Shown: in pieces, positions 38,712 through 54,052 of the stretch | Layout: every line of letters begins with the position of its first letter | Position numbering within the stretch: position 1 is the first letter of the stretch | Origin: Eledone cirrhosa | Lineage: Eukaryota | Assembly: GCA_964016885.1 (NCBI GenBank) | Contig: OZ024753.1 | Coordinates: forward strand, 20,026,001 to 20,090,000 | DNA: 64,000 bases | Reading direction: 5' to 3' | Position numbers and translations under genes: made by a program | Notes under the pieces: model-generated | What the model saw: only the letters and a program-made list of their open reading frames with translations | Database searches by the model: none | Told to the model about the DNA's origin: nothing

Positions 38712-39413
38712 TTCATCGTAGCAGATGGCTGTTACAGAGCTATTTTCACGTTTCAGATTCCTAGAATTTTACGAAATATTTATACACTCAACACTCCAAA
38801 CCAATGAGGTTTTTTTTAAATCTCAACTAACAGACTAATTCTATGTAGTCAAATACGGCGTAAGCAGATGTTACTACCTAATTTTCAAATACGCTACCTG
38901 TTAGTAAACAAAACCTGCTTTGTTTTTCCCTATTTATAAACATATATATACCTGCTATGGTTATATCGCTTCTAATTGAATGTAAGGAAACATGGATGGC
39001 GTGTTGGTTTAATGGTAACACATTGGTCCGGAAACCAACGATGTTGAATAGTTATATACGTCAATAATCATCCTTTTTTCTATTCAGAGGGTTTTTAAAA
39101 TCCCAACTAACAGACTAATTCTATGTAGGAAATAATTTCTAAAAAAGTGTTTGAAAAGCGTACCTATATATATGTATAGGAGCTTTATAACATGTACAAA
39201 AGTTAATGTTATTAGGTTTGATTGATTTTTTCATTAAAACTCCTGCATGCTGATCCTCGATCACATTGGCTGATCAGTGGATCTCATATTATGCAGATCT
39301 GACTGACCAGGCAGTTTGCTAATATGCAAATCAGGCCGATCAGTCACTGTATATTTTAGAAAATATCATATATTTTCACTAGTTCTGACAATTGGCAGGT
39401 AAACAGTATACTG

Positions 39414-39590
39414 TACAGATGAAGGGTAATAACCCAAAAACAGTGTCTGCCGTTCTGTTTATATGCCAACGCAAGAGCAAGAATGAGGGGTTCATTCTAC
39501 TGATATGGCTTTAAAGAGGCTGTTTGCATAATTGCAAACGAATCGAATATTATTAATATTCGAAAAACTCAGAATACATTTATTATATAT
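39414..39590 (+). mobile_element. pLTR-like element with a decayed hammerhead
   Basis: CAGATGA-AGGGT-aata-ACCC-AAAA-(A)CAGTGTC (two core mutations); 3' part repeated at ~17072-17160, both ending in (TA)n. Confidence 0.5.
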
Positions 39591-39954
39591 ATATATATAT
39601 TTGTGGTAAGGTTGCTTGGATGCCGGTTGAGCACTCTATGCTCAAAGAGGATTTGCTTCGAAATCACTAGACGTATCTGAGGAACTTGCGAATCCAGAGT
39701 CAGGTTCGATCTGTATGGAGTGTATAAATATCAGTAAATGTTCTAGATATGAATTTTACAGAATAAAACTCCTTCAATAGATTGTTGCCATTCCTGATTC
39801 AGACAAACACAAAATTCCTTTTTACCAAAGCTTAGACCATGAACCCAAACCAGAGAATTAACTACTGTGGGTTGACTAGTCATAGTAAACACAGTGAATA
39901 GTTGTTGACCACAAGCTACCTTCAGAAATAACTCACATAATATTCACAGCCGTC

Positions 39955-39988
39955 AACAACAACAACAACAACAACAACAACAGCAACA

Positions 39989-40020
<32 letters not shown>
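39955..40020. repeat. (CAA)n(CAG)n trinucleotide repeat
   Basis: Direct reading. Confidence 0.95.
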
Positions 40021-40391
40021 GAGCAATTCGTTAAGTATATATTGCTCTCCGGTGAGTTTAATCAGCCTGATACAAATTTCTATAAAGATTTCCTTGTTTT
40101 ACTTAATATGATCTAATTGGTCTGGAGATGTTTAGTATCTCGGTAAAATATGCAATAAAGTTTTATTTAGAAAAGTATATTGAACGAAGGATGGTTCCGC
40201 AGACTATAAATTGTACCAGATCCATGTTATATCTATCGATTTGCATGTAAGCTATAAAAACAATGTAGATTTTTATCGTAATATGCCAGAGATATGTATA
40301 CAAGAGATATTTTTTCTCCTTTGTTTAAATAAGGTTAATATCAGATAAAATGAACAAAGATAAGATATGTTCTCCTTGTTACGGCAGCGAG

Positions 40392-40422
<31 letters not shown>

Positions 40423-40613
40423 GGATGCGAGAATATATAGTGTTTATAATATATAGTGTTTATTATATATAGTGTTTATTATAACTATGTAATAAATCCC
40501 AGAATATGGTCACTTTACTATCATAGTGTTTCTTTATATTTCCCTGCTAAAAAGGCGCCATTGGCTGATTACATGAACAATGTCACGAGGCCATTTTGTT
40601 GTTGCTGTAGATA

Positions 40614-41075
40614 ATGGTGGCGGTGGGGTGTGTAGTAGTGTTAGTGGTGGTGGTGGTGGTGGTGGTGGTGGTGATGGTGTTAGTGGTGGTGGTGGTGTTG
40701 GTGGTGATGGTGGTGGTGGTGGCGGTGGTGTTGGTGGTGGTGGTTTGGGTAGGTAGTAGTATAATGGTGGCGGTGTGGTGTGTAGTAGTGTTAGTGGTGG
40801 TGGTGGTGGTGGTGATGGTGGTAGTGGTGGTGGTGGTAGTGGTGGTGGTAGTGGTGGTGGTGTTGGTGATGATGGTGATGGTGGTAGCGGTGGTAGTGGT
40901 GGTAGTGGTGGTGTTGGTGCTGGTGGTGGTGGTGGTGGTGGTAGTGCTGGTGGTGGTGCTGGTGGTGGTGGTGGTGGTGGTGATGGTGGTCTGGTAGTGG
41001 TAGGGGTGGTAGTGGTGGTGATGGTGGTGGTAGTGTTTGCGGTGGTGATGGTGGTGGTAGTGTTTGTGGTGGAGG
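40614..41075. repeat. (GGT)n-rich microsatellite
   Basis: Direct reading. Confidence 0.95.
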
Positions 41076-41172
41076 TTATTACCCATTGTTGTATCTGCTG
41101 TAACAAAGTTAAAGGTTACAGAAATCGAACAATTGCATTAGAAGAAAGTTTGGAAGATAAATAATTGAGGGC

Positions 41173-41315
41173 TGTATTACATGTGGGGACTTGTAAGGTG
41201 TAATACATGTGGGATGTATTACATGCGGCGTGTATTACATGTGGGGTATATTATATGGTGGACATGTGGGGCGTAATACATGTGTGATGTATTACATGTG
41301 GGGTGTATTACATGG
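41173..41315. repeat. Degenerate ~18-bp tandem repeat (TATTACATGTGGGG core)
   Basis: Direct reading. Confidence 0.8.
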
Positions 41316-41466
41316 AGGATATGTTCTAGGTTCAAATGTTGGTGGAGTGGGGTATGATTTGTAGGTCTTTCTTTCTGTGTCAATAAAATAAGTAGAAGTC
41401 ACGTACTTGGTAAAGATGGCGGAAATAGTAACTGAAATTAAACTACCATTTATGTTCCATCTCAGT

Positions 41467-41595
41467 AGAGGGCAGTACTGTGTCAGAACGAGTACCACTA
41501 GACGGCAGTACTGTGTCAGAACCAGTACCACTACCAGAGGGCAGTACTGTGTCAGCACCAGTATTACCACTAGAGGGCGCTATTATGACAGAACC
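41467..41595. repeat. 33-36-bp minisatellite, ~4 units
   Basis: AGAGGGCAGTACTGTGTCAGAACCAGTACCACT. Confidence 0.85.
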
Positions 41596-42573
41596 TTTAG
41601 AACAGCAGATCTGTCTCTTTATGTTTCAAGTTCAAATGCCACTGAGATTAACTTTCTCTGCAATCCTTCCGCGGTCGATACAATAAAGTATCAGTAAAAT
41701 ATTTGATTCGATATATTTGGTATCCACCTTTCCCTAAACAACTAACAATGTGTCAATACAAACAAGAATTATTACTTGTAGCACTACTTGGCATTGCCCA
41801 GATTGACTAATACCTAAAAGAAATACTACATAAATTCCTATTTTTGGATAAATTACTTTAAATGGTTGTTGGTAGTCTTCTGATATTCAAGGAGTGTTGA
41901 TTTACTCTCCTGTATTCAAGCAGTTCTCTTAAAAGTGTATTTGGTGCGTATTTAAAAATTAAATACTTATAATCTTAAATAAAATATTACAGCTTCTCCC
42001 CCCCCCCCAGGAAAATGCTATTAGAAATATGGCACTAATTTACATAATTAGTTTAAATGAATCATTTTTAATCAGTAATATTTCCGATGCCTGAGGATAT
42101 ATAATTTTCGTAATTTCTCTTTCAATATTTAAAGGTACCAAATTTTCGATCACACCATATCACATTTTCTGTTGTGCATTTATGCAACATTTCATTTCTG
42201 TGGGTATAAACCATTTATCAATTCCAGAGCAGGACAATATCATGTTATGTATGACTATATATGAGATATGAGATTACATTGGCTGAGATCTGACACCCAG
42301 AAACACTCGTCCTTAATTGTTTTCTCCGGCTTCCATTTATAATAGAGTCAGACCCCCCAACCCCTCAAAACCAAAATGGGGAGAACCATGAATAAAATAA
42401 CCCCAGAAAAAGGCAAAATGGGGGGGGGGGCGGGTTACATAATGAAAGCTATACACAAGAGAAGGCATTTCTCACTCACTCCAAAGTGGGTGGAGGAACT
42501 TCCCGTCCGACAGGGAGAGTTGAGAGGTCTGTAGTTAAACTATATATTCTGATTCATTATAATTCAAGGCTTA

Positions 42574-42808
42574 TATTGGGGGGAGTCATGTGATTTCACT
42601 CATCAACCAGTATTGGGGGGTGGGGTAGTCATGTGATGTCACCCATCAACCAGTATTAGGGGATAGTCATGTGATGTCACTCATCAACCAGTATTAGGGA
42701 GGGTAGTCATGTGATGTCACCCATTAACCAGTATTGTGGGAGTAGTCATGTGATGTCACCCGTTAACTAGTATTAGGGGGTGGTCATGTGATGTCACCGA
42801 TCAACCAT
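42574..42808. repeat. ~39-bp minisatellite, 6 units
   Basis: TATT-G-run-AGTCATGTGATGTCACCCATCAACCAG. Confidence 0.9.
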
Positions 42809-43270
42809 ATTCTTAGCTATCTGTCCTTCATTCGCATTTCTTCTTATAGTTATCTCACATATCGGGTTCTGTCTACATATAGATTTGTATGTATGTCTGA
42901 ATTGTATGGAAGGGAGTGAGTGGGTGTGGAGGGGAGTGTGTGGGTGTGGAGGGGAGGGTGTAGGTTTGTATGTATGTATGTATGGAGGGGAGTGCGTATG
43001 TATGTATGTCGGTAAGTAGTTAGCTATGTACGTATGTATGTAGTTATGTATGTGTGTTTATCTACATGAAGTGTGTGTTACTCATTCCATTTGAGAATAA
43101 TGGAATGAGAAAAAAATTTGTATAATTCGAGTAAGGCGAACAGAGTAGGATTTCGCTGTAAAATGGTAGACTGTGTGTTGCCATATAAATTAGAAATGGG
43201 AATTCAAAATATGATTGACGCAGTAGAATGCAATTCTCTGATAGCATGCCATTATCTTCTGCCCCCCCCC

Positions 43271-43342
<72 letters not shown>

Positions 43343-43690
43343 CTAGCATGTGTAATGTGCATATTGATATTATACGCAAGTATAATAAATACATCAATTA
43401 AAATCGTAATTGACAATATACACAGAAATTGAACGAAGACTGTGTTACACTGTATTATGTAATCAGTAACGTAATCCATGATACATTTAAAAAAAGACGA
43501 TATTATATATAAACTGCATTAGGAGAGAATTAGTGAAATATATGAATGTTTATTTAAGCGATTGCTAAGTGGAAGTGTTGACATTTGAACATTTTAAAGA
43601 AGTGAATCATTAAATAAGCAATAAAATATATTTAATGGACAGCCACGAAATTTAGTAGATAAATTATGTAATATTTATTCATTATTTAAT

Positions 43691-43873
43691 AGGCGGTGGA
43701 TTGGCAGTATCGCTAAACGCCATGTTTTGATGCATAGAGTTACGGCCCTTGCCATTCTGAGTTCAAATCCCGCCGAGGTTAACTTTGCCTTTCATCCTTA
43801 CGGGGTCGATAAAATGAAGTACCAGTAATGTACTGGGCAATTGCTGACCTTGTGCCAAAAGTAGAAACAATTA
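43691..43873 (+). mobile_element. SINE family 1
   Basis: Head, B box, core and tail. Confidence 0.9.
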
Positions 43874-44131
43874 TTTATTCAAAGTAATCCAACTTATTTT
43901 ACACACTGGATAAAAAAATATATTCTGCATGCAGTCCCACACTCCTTCCTTTATTATAGTTTAGATATATATATATATATTATATATATAATATATATAT
44001 ATAATATACAATATATATATATAGATATATATAAGAACTTATATATATATGAAGAACGTGTTCTTTGTTTTTATTTCATTGTTTTTATTAATTTATATAT
44101 ATATATATATAATATATATATATATAATATG

Positions 44132-44197
<66 letters not shown>

Positions 44198-44407
44198 GTA
44201 TATAAACAATGGGTTAAATACTTCGTTGATATGTAATCAACTGAGTTATGTTCATAACAGATACGAACCACTCGACAGTTAACACTTATCTCGAGTATTA
44301 TTATAAATGTTTCTACTTTTGGAGTATTATTATAATAATCAGCTGACTTATATATAGCAGATGTGAAACACTCAACGGTAATTGTTTTTCCGGAGTTTTA
44401 TTATAAT

Positions 44408-44595
44408 AATAATTGTTTCTACTTTTGGCACAAGGCCAGCAATTATCCAGTGCATTACTGGTACTTTATTTTATCGACCCCGTAAGGATGAAAGGCAAAG
44501 TCAACCTCGGCGGGATTTGAACTCAGATCGTAAAGGGACGTAACTATGCTGGAGAGCATTGCGTCCGACCCTCTACTGATACTGCAAATCCACCG
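44408..44595 (-). mobile_element. SINE family 1
   Basis: Head, B box, core and tail. Confidence 0.9.
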
Positions 44596-45200
44596 TTTAT
44601 AATAATAATAAACGAAAGACAGTTACTTTAGTCCACCCAAATTTATTTTATTATACGTATTTAAAAGATGCAAGGCTTATGTATAACATAAGCCAAAACA
44701 TGGTCTCTTCAGATAAAATCGACTGGAGTTGATATTTGATGTGCAGACGGTCAGACGAGCTGTTCAGTTCCGTAGCCTGCAAGCATATGAGATAGAAACC
44801 TCAACACCGAATATATATGAGTGGGAGAAATATTAAAGTTGGTATTGACGTATTTGAACTGGCAAAAGTATGATGATACCCGAGTGGTAAAAAAATATTA
44901 ACCGTTAGTCTATGTATTTATAACTGAAATTAGATTAAATTAGATACTAAAAAATATATATTCGAAGATGCTAAATTAATAACGTAACTATATAATAAAG
45001 AAAAAATTATAAACTACTAATTTCGTAGACAATTTATCGTAGTTTATGTAAACAATTTAATTTAGTAGATATTATGAGAGTGGAAAAATATTTAACAATT
45101 GGCTTTGGTTAAGTTATCATTTTATGATATTAAAATTAATTCACTTATATACTAATTAAAGTTAAAATAGATGTAAACGTTATGATGAAAAAATATAATA

Positions 45201-45318
45201 CTTGGGCCACGTACTGCCGAGATCCTCCGCAAGATCGGAGCCTCGGCGGCACGTCAAAGGAGGGATCTCCGCCAGGTTGAGTGGGTGTTGCAGCGGGTGT
45301 CACTGACTACAGAGAGGT
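45201..45318 (+). pseudogene. Fragment of a CRE-clade non-LTR retrotransposon RLE C-terminus
   Basis: GC-rich island translating LGPRTAEILRKIGASAARQRRDLRQVEWVLQRVSL, then (frameshift) LQRG; resembles the CRE pattern LGP.A..FL..IG...A....D.R....L.QRLS..IQRGN. Confidence 0.6.
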
Positions 45319-46737
45319 TGTCTTCTTCTTTGGCTAGTATCCTAAAGTTAAAAACAGAGAAGGAGACAGCTTCTCTATAGTCCTGATATTAGTCTCTGGG
45401 ACTTTAGCAAGTCGGAGGGTCTCTATCTTCCAAGAGTGGGGAAACATAATTAAATTCTCTCCTGTAGTCCAGCCAGACTGTAACCATATCCATCTAAGTT
45501 GTCGCACCTACGATTTCGCAGTTTTATTAATTAGGAGTTGTTCATCACACCCCCAAACACCTTTCTTTCCAGCTGCTTGTTCCTCTGTGATGATGTTATT
45601 ATTTTCACAGTGATCTTGAAGAAATAGGTTCTGGTATACAATGGGTTGGTAGTTGTTTGCCAAGTGGGTGTTTTTGTTCTTGGGGACCAGTATTGTTTGT
45701 GCTAATGTCAACGATTCTGGTATAAGTGTATCTCCCTTGAGAACTTGTTGGTAAAAGTCCATAACATACATCCGATAGAATATCAGTTTTTTGTACCAGA
45801 AACCAACAATCATGTGTCTTCCTGGTGTTTTCTTATCTTGGAGTTTTCCTATCACAGTCTCAAGGGTATCCTCATTTATTTAATATGTTTTTGTTGTAGT
45901 CTAGGGATAATAGTTCTTTTGGATTTCTTTTAGCCACACTGCAACTTGGTTGAAATTCTTTTTTTCACCCCAGGATTTTCTCAAAAGGAATATATGTCTT
46001 TCCAGGACGGGGCCTCAGTGACATTTATTATTTTGCCCTTCATATCTCTATAGTCAGATGTTTGGTGTCATCTGAATCTTTTATTAATTACTTTTCTTTC
46101 ATCTACTCTCTTAAGGTAGCGGCGTTTCTCTCTGACAGCTCTCAATACTTGTTTGAGAGTGATCATCTTATATTGAAGAGTTCTGGTTGTAGTGGCACCA
46201 AATATAGTTTCAAACATCCAGTCCAAACCCCAATAAAATGCAAGCATAACATATCAGATATAATGATATGGGACAGGAAAAAGAAGGCATGCACAGTAGT
46301 GGAAGTTAGCTGCCCAGCAGATGCCAATATAATTTTAAAGATTAACGAAGCGGAGAATACCTTTGCAGAACTAATGGAAACTTTGCAGGTACTCCACCCT
46401 GACTATACTTTCAGATTTATATCTGTAATTATTGGAGCACTCGGGTGTGTTAGTAACTGCCTCAGTACAAATCTTGAGAAGCTGGACTTCACAGGCACAG
46501 AAAGAACTCAACTAATTAGGAAATTCCAAGTACAATCCATTAATGGAACATTAAAAATATGTAAGACATTCCAAAGATTCTACAAGTAATAACTGCATAT
46601 ATGCATGTATACACATTCATGTATGCAGACATACATATCTTCATAGTTGATGTGTAAATTCCGATCAGAGAGTCTTGTGTTAGAAATCGACTCTCTTTCT
46701 ATTAGTAAAGATTTATAAAATTATAAAACCAGAACAA
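45311..46737. mobile_element. Rearranged, more diverged R4/Dong copy (+ / inverted / +)
   Basis: 45311-45368 is an RT piece on +, ~45370-46190 an N-terminal/RT piece on -, 46217-46737 RLE + 3'UTR on +. Confidence 0.88.
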
Positions 46738-46883
46738 AATACACACACATACATAAATACATGCAGTCATGCATACATACATAATACATGCATGCATGCA
46801 TGCATACACACATACATACATCCATACAAACATACATACATGCATACATACATATTTAAATGCATGCATACATTCATAGATGA

Positions 46884-47408
46884 CGATAGCTGCCCCTCGC
46901 TATCGAGTATGGCCATTGCACGATAGATCATTATTAATAAATATTAATTAATTCTATCGTGCAATGCCTGTGCAAGAAGATATTTTTTATAGTGAGGAAA
47001 GACTGTGCACTGAGCCAATCCCACTCTCTGAGCTACAGTAGCTATAACCCGAAAAGAAGAAAAGATCAACATCATCGGTAACTACTGAGCCGCAGGTTTT
47101 ATATCGGAGTTATCCCAGTTTCCTGAGTTACCTTCTCCTAGAAGAATGCCCTGAGAAAGACTAGGGGTCCTTCACTCCCAATGGTTTAACCGCGTGATAC
47201 ATATGTATATACATATTTACACATTTTTGGATGGCACTTGACTCTAATGAGTTCTTCCGACCTTTGTCAGGTTTTGTTTTTTGTCCTGCAGGGGGTCCAA
47301 AATCACCCTCCCCACCAAGTAAATTTGGTGGGGTTGCCGGGTTAGTCGCCGAAGACCCGACCCTGCGACAGGTTGTATTGGGTTACATGTTACACGAGAG
47401 TGACACGA
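46884..47408 (-). mobile_element. Family B copy
   Basis: Matches 17770-18400. Confidence 0.85.
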
Positions 47409-47437
47409 CATACATGCATACATAGATATATACATAC

Positions 47438-47742
47438 ATGGTGGCTGCCAACTCGTTTTCGAGTACTGCACTACTTTATATCCATGTAGGAGAACCCCTA
47501 CCGTTGCGCTGAACGAGTGTGACGTTTTAGTCCAGCCAGCATCTTGAAAACTCTGGTACAAACACTTGTGACAATTATTGACACATAGTGCTGGGCCCAT
47601 GGTACCATGTGACGACAAGTGCAGAGAGATCTCCAGATATAAAGCAATGCACGTGCCGTGAAGCTTTTATAGCGAGCAAAGGCACTGCACAAAGCCAGTC
47701 CCACTCTCTTAACCAAGATGATATTTACCAAAAAGAAGAACA
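47438..47742 (-). mobile_element. Family A copy, 3' half only
   Basis: Reverse complement of ~4050-4360. Confidence 0.88.
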
Positions 47743-47783
47743 TACATACATACAAACATACATACATACATACTTACATAAAG

Positions 47784-49730
47784 ACAGATAAAGTAAAATG
47801 TCACAGGTGTATATTTCGGAGGGACAGGCTCTCTGTGATATTATTCATCTTGTCATTAAACCCCTTGTCCGATCTGCTCAATAAATCTGAGGGATACATC
47901 ATTGGCTCACAGGAGGACAGAAATACGAACCTAATCCATAAATTATTTGTGGACGAACTGAAACTCGATGCCAAGAACATGGATGGGATGAAGAAAAATA
48001 TTGACCTAGTTACAACGTTCTCAAAGGATATAGGAATGGAGTTTGGCCAAGATAAATGCTCATACATGACTGTAAAGCGGAGAAAAACAACAACCCAATC
48101 TAGCAACATTGTCATCGATGGTCTAACTATTTCAGCGATATCTGATGAGGACTGTTACAGATACCTGGGGATAGATGAGAACATATCCTATAATGGTATC
48201 TGTAATAAAGAACGCGTAACCAGGGAATACTACACCTGATTAAGAAAGATTTGGTCATCGTAACTCTCCGCACAAATCAAAACAGTGTCTCACAATGTGT
48301 TTGCTGTGCCTGTCCTAACACCAACGTTTGGAATACTCAATTGAACGATAGACGAAATCCGAGCAGTTGATGTTGGAACTCGAAAAATTCTAAACAACAC
48401 CGGAAATTTCCACATCAACAGTGACATATACCGCCTTTACTTGAAACGTAAGCAGGGAGGCAGAGGCCTAACATCAGTCCAGACAATATTTGATTGTCGC
48501 ATCATATCTCTCCGACAACATATACGAACCTCGAAGCGTAGGAGCCCGTTTCTCGAGCAAGTCTATCTGCATGAAACAGATAAGATCATGAGAGTTGGGA
48601 AGGAACTCATCGAGAGATATTCCCTGTGTGATAATCAAAAACTCACACCCAGGGAAGTCGCTCAGCGGAATCGCAGTGAATCCATGGATGAAAAACTGCA
48701 TGCTTATCAGCAAAAAATCATGCATGGATATGTTGCCAGGAAGCCCCAGAGTGAAAGTAATATAGATAAGGAAGTAGTCTATCTTGGACCAACAACTGCT
48801 ATATTGGCTCCCACTTTGACGGATATGCTTTTGCAATCCAAGAACGGGAGATTAACACGAAATACCTCATTCACAAAAGAGATAGGGATGCAGGCAAAAT
48901 ACCTAGATGTGATAACAAGTGCAGATTCTGCAGAAATAGCATCGAGGATATCACCTATGTCATCAGCAGCTGTCCAAAGATGTATCGCGGTAGTATCTAC
49001 CTATGAGGCATAATGTAGTGGCACAAACACTGTACAATGCAGTTCGTAAAAATGATAGCCCCGATAATAAACACATTAAAAGCGATGTGGAAGACATCCA
49101 TGTACATAATATGAAAGAGTACTGGTGGAATGTTCCAGATAAAACCCCAATAAAATGTAGGCATACCAGACCAGATATTATGCTCTGCGACAGGGAGAAG
49201 AAAGCATGCACAGTAGTGGAAATTAGCTGCCCAGTAGAAGCCAATATAATATCAAGGATTAGCGAAAAGGAAAATATTTATGCAGAAATGAAGAGAAATC
49301 TGCAGATACTCCACCCTGATTACACCTTCAGATGTATGCCTGTGATTATTGGGGCACTGTGATATGTGAGTAACTGCCTTAATACAAATCTTGAGAGGCA
49401 GGGCTTCACAGGAACAGAAAGAACACAACTAGTTAGGGAATTACAAGTACAATCCATTAATAGAACAGTAAAAATATGTAAAACATTGCAAACATTTTGC
49501 AACTAATAACTGCATATACACATGTACAGATACAAAGCATATACACATGCACACATACAACTCAAAACATCCACATCTACACATAAAATAACATCCATAT
49601 CTACACATGCATGCAGACATAATCAACCTACTTGATGTGTAAATTCCAATGAGAGAGTATTGTGTCTATGTTAGAAAACAACTCACTCTTTATTGTGAAA
49701 GAATTTGTGAAATTATAAAACCAGAAGAAC
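47784..49730 (+). mobile_element. R4/Dong copy, 5'-truncated within RT
   Basis: RT C-half, CCHC, RLE and end CCAGAAGAAC|ATACATAC. Confidence 0.92.
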
Positions 49731-49743
49731 ATACATACATATA

Positions 49744-50056
49744 TGGTGGCTGCCAACTCGTTTTCGAGTACGGCCACTACTTTATATCAATGTAGGAGAA
49801 CCCCTACCAATGAGCTGAACGAGTGTGACTTCTTAGTTCAGCCAGCGACTTGAAAACTCTGGTACAAACACTACACTTGTGAAAATTACTGACACATAGT
49901 GCTGGGCCCATGGTACCATGTGATGACAAGTGCAGAGAGATCTCCGGATATAAAGCAATACCTGTGCCGTGAAGCTTTTATAGTGAGCAAAGGCACTGCA
50001 CAAAGCCAGTCCCACTCTGTTAACCAAGATGATATTTACCAAAAAGAAGAACAAGT
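49744..50056 (-). mobile_element. Family A copy, 3' half only
   Basis: Reverse complement of ~4047-4360. Confidence 0.88.
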
Positions 50057-50082
50057 ATATATACATACATACATACATACAT

Positions 50083-50115
<33 letters not shown>

Positions 50116-50127
50116 TACATACATACA

Positions 50128-50161
<34 letters not shown>

Positions 50162-50163
50162 CA

Positions 50164-50803
50164 TGGTGGCTGCCAACTCGTTTTCGAGTACGGCCACTAC
50201 TTTACATCCATGTATGATAACCCCTACCGAAGCGCTGAACGAGTGTGACTTTTTAGTCCAGCCAGCGACTTGAAACCTCTGGTACAAACACTACACCTGT
50301 GACAATTATTGACACATAGTGCTAGGCCCATGGTAGGACAATTATTGACACATAGTGCTGGGCCCATGTGAGGACAAGTGCAGAGAGATCTCCAGATATA
50401 AAGCAATGCCTGTGCCGTGAAGCTTTTATAGTGAGCAAAGGCACTGCACAAAGCCAGTCCCACTCTCTTAACCAAGATGCTATTTACCAAAAAGAAGAAC
50501 AAGTCAACATCATTGGATACCATCAGGGTTGCAGGTGTTATATCAGAGTTTTCCTTCTCCTAGAATTCTGCCTTGACTAAGGCTAAAGGGGTCATCTCTC
50601 CCGGTGATTTTGGATGGCCATTGACTCTTAAGAGCTCCTTTGCCCTTTGACAGGTTTTGTTTTTAGTCCTGCAGGATGTCCAAAGTCACCCTCCTCACCA
50701 AGAAACCTTGGTGGGGTTGCCAGTTTAGTCGCCAACGACCCGACCATGAGACAGGTTGTACTGGGATACATGTTACCAGTAGCACCAACTGGTGACCTGA
50801 CAC
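50164..50803 (-). mobile_element. Family A copy, full length
   Basis: Reverse complement of 3780-4360 plus a small internal duplication at ~50300-50370. Confidence 0.88.
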
Positions 50804-50891
50804 ATATATATATATATGTATGTACATATACACATATATATACATACATATATATATATATATATATACATACATATATATATATAGTGAT

Positions 50892-51106
50892 GGCGTGTGG
50901 CTGAGTGGTTAGAGAACCGGACTCGCAATCGTAAGGTTGTGAGCTCGACTCCTGGACCAGGCGATGAGTTATGTCCTTGAGCAAGACACTCCATTTCACG
51001 TTGCTTCCTCCACCTGGAGTTGCGACCGATAGATAGTATTAGCAATTGGAAAGACCAATGGAAACATTGTTTCCTCGGTTCGATTTGACGAAAGTCGATC
51101 GATTGG
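50892..51106 (+). mobile_element. SINE family 2
   Basis: Matches 37881-38092. Confidence 0.88.
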
Positions 51107-51116
51107 AAAAAAAAAT

Positions 51117-54013
<2,897 letters not shown>

Positions 54014-54052
54014 AATTTATTGCATACATACATATTATTATTACAAATATAC

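Noticed and set aside
39920-40022. Possible polyQ exon
   Set aside because: Short, bounded by stops, with no supporting neighbouring exons
40534-41164. Pro-, Thr- or Gly-rich ORFs resembling extensin or mucin
   Set aside because: (GGT)n repeat is open in most frames; no unique domain
45203-45275. HDV-like ribozyme on the minus strand of the GC island
   Set aside because: P1/P2/P4-like pairings exist but P3 and the catalytic J4/2 C are missing; a coding remnant explains it better
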